Origin: Candidatus Poribacteria bacterium | GTDB lineage: Bacteria > Poribacteria > WGA-4E > WGA-3G | Direction: 5' to 3' | DNA: 64,000 nt | Assembly: GCA_963663765.2 (NCBI GenBank) | Contig: CAXXUA010000003.1 | Span: forward strand, 1 to 64,000 | In this document: positions 59,668 to 64,000 of the stretch, piece after piece | Layout: each line of letters begins with the position of its first letter | Position numbering within the stretch: position 1 is the first letter of the stretch | Program-made: the position numbers and the translations under genes | Notes under the pieces: model-generated | Database searches by the model: none | Seen by the model: the letters and a program-made list of their open reading frames with translations, nothing else | Told to the model about the DNA's origin: nothing

Positions 59668-61584
59668 CTAATCTACATCACCAGGATCTTTTACCCATAA
59701 CAGTACGGTGCCATCATTGCTACCGCTCGCGAGCGTTTTTCCGTCTGGACTGAACGCAACGCTAGTCACAGGATACGTATGAGCTTTCAACTCAATAATG
59801 AGGGTACCTGTGCGGACATCCCACAAACTAACGGTTCTGTCCCAGCTGCCACACGCGAGTATCTTACCATCAGGACTGAACGCAAGGCAAAGGTTACCTC
59901 TATTCCCTAATGTTACTGTACGAACAGATTCACCTGTCCGCGGATTCCACAGACGAATAGTCCCATCCCCCGATAGACTTGCTAACAAAGTCCCATCCGC
60001 ACTATAGGCAACGGTATTTACAAAACCCGTATGACCTTTCAAACGAGAGACAACTTTATTCGTGTTCGTATCCAAAAGCATCACAGTGTTATCATCACCA
60101 CACGCTAATTGAGAACCATCCGGACTATACGCAATGCAATATATCATACTTACCGAGTCTTCTACCGTAAGGAATTGATGTTTACCTGTCTGGAGGTCCC
60201 ATAGATTCATGGAAAAGTCTTGATGTGCTCTTAGAAGTTTCTTTCCATCAGGACTGAAAGCCATGTCTGAAATCCAAAATCGATTATCTTCCAGTTCCTT
60301 CAGAGATTTACCTGTTTCTACATTCCATAAGCGAATAGTATTGTTTACATCGACACTTGCAATGTTCTTTCCATTAGGACTGTAGACAACGATAGAGACT
60401 TGATTTGTATGTCCTTTCAGCACGCGCAGGGATTCACCCGATTGTGCGTCCCATAAATGAACGGTGTTGTCTCTGCTCCCGCTTGCTAAAATCTTACCAT
60501 CCGGACTGAACGCAACGCTATTGACACCATTTGTATGCCCTGTTATCGTCCGCAGCTGCTTGCCTGTGTTTGTCTCCCATAAACGCAAGGTGCCGTCCCG
60601 GCTGCCAGTCCGCAGTGTTTTGCCATCCGGACTGAATGCAATGCTCAACACAAAAGAAGCATGTCCTTTCAACGTGCGGATGTGGGCTCCCGTCTCTGCA
60701 TCCCACAGCCTTGAGGTATTGTCCCAACTTGCACTCGCCAGCATCTTTCCATCCGGGCTAAAGACAACAATATCAACATAATTTATATGATCATGCAACA
60801 TGTACCGTGTAGTGCCTGTTTGCACGTCCCACACCAGCACGTTGGTGTCATCACTGGCAGTCGCAATTGACTTTCCATCCGGACTGAACGATACGTATTT
60901 TATTTTTTCTGTATGTCCTATGAATGTCTGCAGCAGTTCACCCGTTTGCACATTCCATAACCGTGCAGTTCTGTCTTTACTGCAACTCGCCAGTAATGAG
61001 CCGTTTGGACTAAACGCAACACTTATGACACCCGATTCATGTCCATCTATTGTCTGAAGATGTGTACCTGTTCGCACATTCCATAAACGGATATTGTGAT
61101 CGTAACTTCCGCTCGCTAAAAGTGTCCCATCCGGACTGAACGCAATACCTTCAACACCGTCTTCATGTCCTATCATCGTGCGTAGTTCTGTGCCTGTGTG
61201 CGCATCCCACAGACGGATAGTCATGTCTGCACTCCCGCTTGCCAACAGTGAGCCATCTGGACTGAACACTGTCATCAAAACAAAGTCGGTGTGTCCTGTA
61301 AGAAATTGGAGTGGTTTGTCAGTGTGTGCGTCGTAAATCCAAATACCAGTGCTACACGAGACCGCCAAATACTTTCCGTCATGAGAATAGGTTATATTTC
61401 CTCTTATCCCACCTTTACCGAGCCGTGCTCTTGCACCCTCGGGTAAGTTTTGTAAATGCCAATCTTGTTTGTCTTGTTTGTCTTGTTTGTCTTGTGCGAA
61501 AGTATTTTGTGAAATAACGCACGTCGTCAAAACCAAAGTTGTCGTCAAAACCAAAGTTAATATCAGAATCAGTGTTTTTTGCAT
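59668..61584 (-). CDS. Secreted WD40-repeat protein
   Basis: Signal peptide from ATG 61584, LPEGARARLGKG cap and about 14 GH..V..VAFSPDG..LASGS.D.T..LWD repeats. Confidence 0.92.
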   Translation of the reverse strand: MQKTLILILTLVLTTTLVLTTCVISQNTFAQDKQDKQDKQDWHLQNLPEGARARLGKGGIRGNITYSHDGKYLAVSCSTGIWIYDAHTDKPLQFLTGHTDFVLMTVFSPDGSLLASGSADMTIRLWDAHTGTELRTMIGHEDGVEGIAFSPDGTLLASGSYDHNIRLWNVRTGTHLQTIDGHESGVISVAFSPNGSLLASCSKDRTARLWNVQTGELLQTFIGHTEKIKYVSFSPDGKSIATASDDTNVLVWDVQTGTTRYMLHDHINYVDIVVFSPDGKMLASASWDNTSRLWDAETGAHIRTLKGHASFVLSIAFSPDGKTLRTGSRDGTLRLWETNTGKQLRTITGHTNGVNSVAFSPDGKILASGSRDNTVHLWDAQSGESLRVLKGHTNQVSIVVYSPNGKNIASVDVNNTIRLWNVETGKSLKELEDNRFWISDMAFSPDGKKLLRAHQDFSMNLWDLQTGKHQFLTVEDSVSMIYCIAYSPDGSQLACGDDNTVMLLDTNTNKVVSRLKGHTGFVNTVAYSADGTLLASLSGDGTIRLWNPRTGESVRTVTLGNRGNLCLAFSPDGKILACGSWDRTVSLWDVRTGTLIIELKAHTYPVTSVAFSPDGKTLASGSNDGTVLLWVKDPGDVD

Positions 61585-61743
61585 GAGAAAGGGATCCTTA
61601 TTCGGGTTGTTTGTACAGGTTTCGTTCTTAAACCAAACCCACAAGAACAGTTATGTTAAACTGAAACTCACCATACGCACATTCATACCCTTGATTTACG
61701 GGGTTACGTTTCACATTTCTATTCAGACTAATCAGTATACGAA

Positions 61744-62769
61744 CTACTGCATCCATGTATATATTTTCCTGAGCATACCTTCACTGCGTGTCCACAATGA
61801 CCTTTTGAATGGTGAGACAATCTTTGTATAACTACAGAAATCAGTTTTTTTGGCACGGTATTGCTCTTTATGTGCTATCAAACCTTCATTCTCTGGTGGT
61901 GATGCGCCGAAATCAATCCATTCATATCCTTCTCTGCATGCCCATGTAATAATATGGTGAAAAATAGCATTGTTTGGACGATATTGTAAGTATGCAGGGT
62001 CGGATGCCTCACACCACAAGGTTACATTGCGATTGTAGTACAGATAGAGTAAACCGGCAATGATTGTGTTTTGGTATTTAGCAATCGCGAGTTTAGCAAC
62101 ACCCCGTTGTAAAAGCATCTTCATAAGCGTGCACGGTTTCGGTGTACCTTCTAATCGTTTTACTGTGTTTAGGTACATCTCGTAGAATGTGGATAGGTCG
62201 TCCTCATTATCGGTATCAGTAACTTCCACCCCAGATTTTTGTGCTTTACGGACTGCCCCGCGTACCCGTTTGTTGTATGCTTGCCATAAGGTGTCAATAT
62301 CTCTGTTGGTGTTGAGTATATGTGTAAATCTTTCTGTCTTTTTGTATCCAATTTCTGTCAAAAAACCACCATATTTTATAGTATCCTCCGCGGAAAGCGT
62401 CCAGCACAATTCGCACCAACCTTTTTCTGAAGATACCGTTTGTATATAGTTCTCAATGGATGAGATCAATTCTCTTGCGTTTAGTTGTTCGCAATTAATG
62501 ATCTGTGGACCACCGAACAAATTCCACGGCATAGAATGCCACAATCGGATGCCTGGTATCGGTTGAAACACAAAAGCGGGGACTCCCCCAACTGTCATTT
62601 CATCCTTTTTGATGAAAAGAGATACAGGCTGAAGCTGCTTGAATGCATTATCAAGTGCATCTCTCCAAGCTGCCCCGTGAAAAGCAGTACTATTTTGACA
62701 TTGAAGGATAATTGCATCCCATTCATCAGGATTTTGTGATGTAAGCGGTTCAATGGTGTACACATGCAC
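61744..62769 (-). CDS. GNAT-family (FemAB-like) protein
   Basis: WDAII..STAFH..W, KRVRGAVRKAQKSGV, YRPNNAIFH..I.WA..G.EWIDFG, GLIAHKEQY. Confidence 0.8.
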   Translation of the reverse strand: MHVYTIEPLTSQNPDEWDAIILQCQNSTAFHGAAWRDALDNAFKQLQPVSLFIKKDEMTVGGVPAFVFQPIPGIRLWHSMPWNLFGGPQIINCEQLNARELISSIENYIQTVSSEKGWCELCWTLSAEDTIKYGGFLTEIGYKKTERFTHILNTNRDIDTLWQAYNKRVRGAVRKAQKSGVEVTDTDNEDDLSTFYEMYLNTVKRLEGTPKPCTLMKMLLQRGVAKLAIAKYQNTIIAGLLYLYYNRNVTLWCEASDPAYLQYRPNNAIFHHIITWACREGYEWIDFGASPPENEGLIAHKEQYRAKKTDFCSYTKIVSPFKRSLWTRSEGMLRKIYTWMQ

Positions 62770-62873
62770 ATTGTAATTGATAAGTCTGTTTTGTGCAAGG
62801 AATATAGGTGTGTAAAGTTTTTATCATGTTTCTGAATCTCGGATTTCGCGGATAAGATACCAGCATCAGATAG

Positions 62874-63183
62874 CAGGGTTATTTAGTTTTCAATATTTTT
62901 GATATTATTTTACTATGTCGTTAATTTTATGGGATACCATCTTGTCCAGTTCTTTAGTCCCGTAGGGACGATATGTTTATAGAAAACGAATACCCTCCAC
63001 AGCTCTTTAGTCCCGTAGGGACGATATGTTTATTCTTCTATGTCGTTCCTACGGAACTAAAGAGCGATGTTCATTTTTCAATAATTTAAAACCGATGCAG
63101 AAAGTTCGGTTAGGAAACCGAACTTGGGTATTAACTTTCAGTAAATCTCAATAACATAAAACTCTTAAAACTAAATTACCTTG
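62874..63183. mobile_element. MITE-C
   Basis: CAGGGTTATTTAGTTTT left end. Body like 37482-37787, with two units of the 53-bp REP. Confidence 0.8.
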
Positions 63184-63407
63184 ATCAGGTCGGATTACAT
63201 AGGACAAGCGTTATCTATGAAATAAGGTTAATTGTTGAGATCTTATCCGTGTAATCCGCGATTTAGAACACAATGAAATTGTGTTTCAAATTATAATAAA
63301 ATATGGTACAATTCACTAAAAAGGGATAAGGAGAAAATCAAGACTATTAACAGTGTTATTTATTGTGACATTTCAAACATCTTGTAGACATTGCAAAGGA
63401 AAAAATA

Positions 63408-64000
63408 ATGGACCCAATTAAGGAATATCTACAACTTGAAACACGCCGCCAATTTTTTGGTAAGTGTGCGATGGGACTTGGTGGTGCAGCTCTCGCCTCA
63501 ATGCTGCCGAGTAGTATTGTGAACGCACTTGAACAGCAAGCGGGAACACGTATCGGTGGTTTACCTGAATTACCGCACTTTGCACCGAAAGCAAAACGGG
63601 CTATCTATCTATTTATGTCTGGCGCGCCCTCACAGATGGACCTGTTTGATTACAAACCGAAGATGGGTGAATGGTTTGATAAAGACCTGCCAGAAACGGT
63701 GCGGATGGGACAACGTCTTACAACGATGACCTCTGGACAAGCGCGTTTCCCAATTGCACCGTCTATTTTTGAGTTCAAGCAGTACGATAACGGTAGTGAC
63801 GGTGTATGGCTTAGTGAGTTGTTACCGCATACCGCATCTATGGTAAAAGATATTGCCATTATCAAAAGTGTTCACACCGAGGCGATCAACCATGACCCAG
63901 CTATCACGTTTGTGTGTACCGGTGATGAAACACCCGGCAAACCGAGCCTCGGTGCGTGGCTTAGTTATGGACTCGGTAGTGAGAACCAGAATCTGCCGGC
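63408..64000 (+). CDS. DUF1501 domain protein with Tat-like signal, 3'-truncated
   Basis: [18 protein letters not shown]..., [56 protein letters not shown]. Confidence 0.9.
   Translation, partial: MDPIKEYLQLETRRQFFGKCAMGLGGAALASMLPSSIVNALEQQAGTRIGGLPELPHFAPKAKRAIYLFMSGAPSQMDLFDYKPKMGEWFDKDLPETVRMGQRLTTMTSGQARFPIAPSIFEFKQYDNGSDGVWLSELLPHTASMVKDIAIIKSVHTEAINHDPAITFVCTGDETPGKPSLGAWLSYGLGSENQNLP

Overview
AT-rich (roughly 40% GC, by eye) bacterial chromosomal segment. The gene content suggests Candidatus Poribacteria, a sponge symbiont (inference): a lamin-tail surface protein ending in a KLTTRWGELK motif, internalin-like LRR proteins, WD40, FN3, TPR-protease paralogs, a sulfatase and DUF1501. 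Housekeeping content is sparse: ileS, a DmpA-like peptidase, a sulfatase/phosphodiesterase pair and a GNAT. Paralog expansions include six trypsin-like protease-TPR genes, five tandem membrane-anchored hypothetical genes, two LRR genes and two AAA-ATPase/PD-(D/E)XK genes. Intergenic DNA is saturated with REP-like hairpins, tandemly amplified REP arrays and several nested MITE families, plus IS5 and ISAs1 elements. No CRISPR array, rRNA or canonical tRNA is seen. The most notable signals are: (i) an unannotated Ile-codon leader peptide and attenuator upstream of a GVHH-motif IleRS2; (ii) a 68-nt Ala-identity tRNA/tmRNA-like RNA enclosed by a perfect 17-bp inverted repeat, with its own promoter; (iii) a duplicated structured RNA motif behind three strong promoters upstream of the lamin-tail gene; (iv) a promoter-driven small RNA convergent on a DUF3800-like gene; (v) an IS231-like MITE that repeatedly inserts into different REP hairpins with 19-20 bp duplications.
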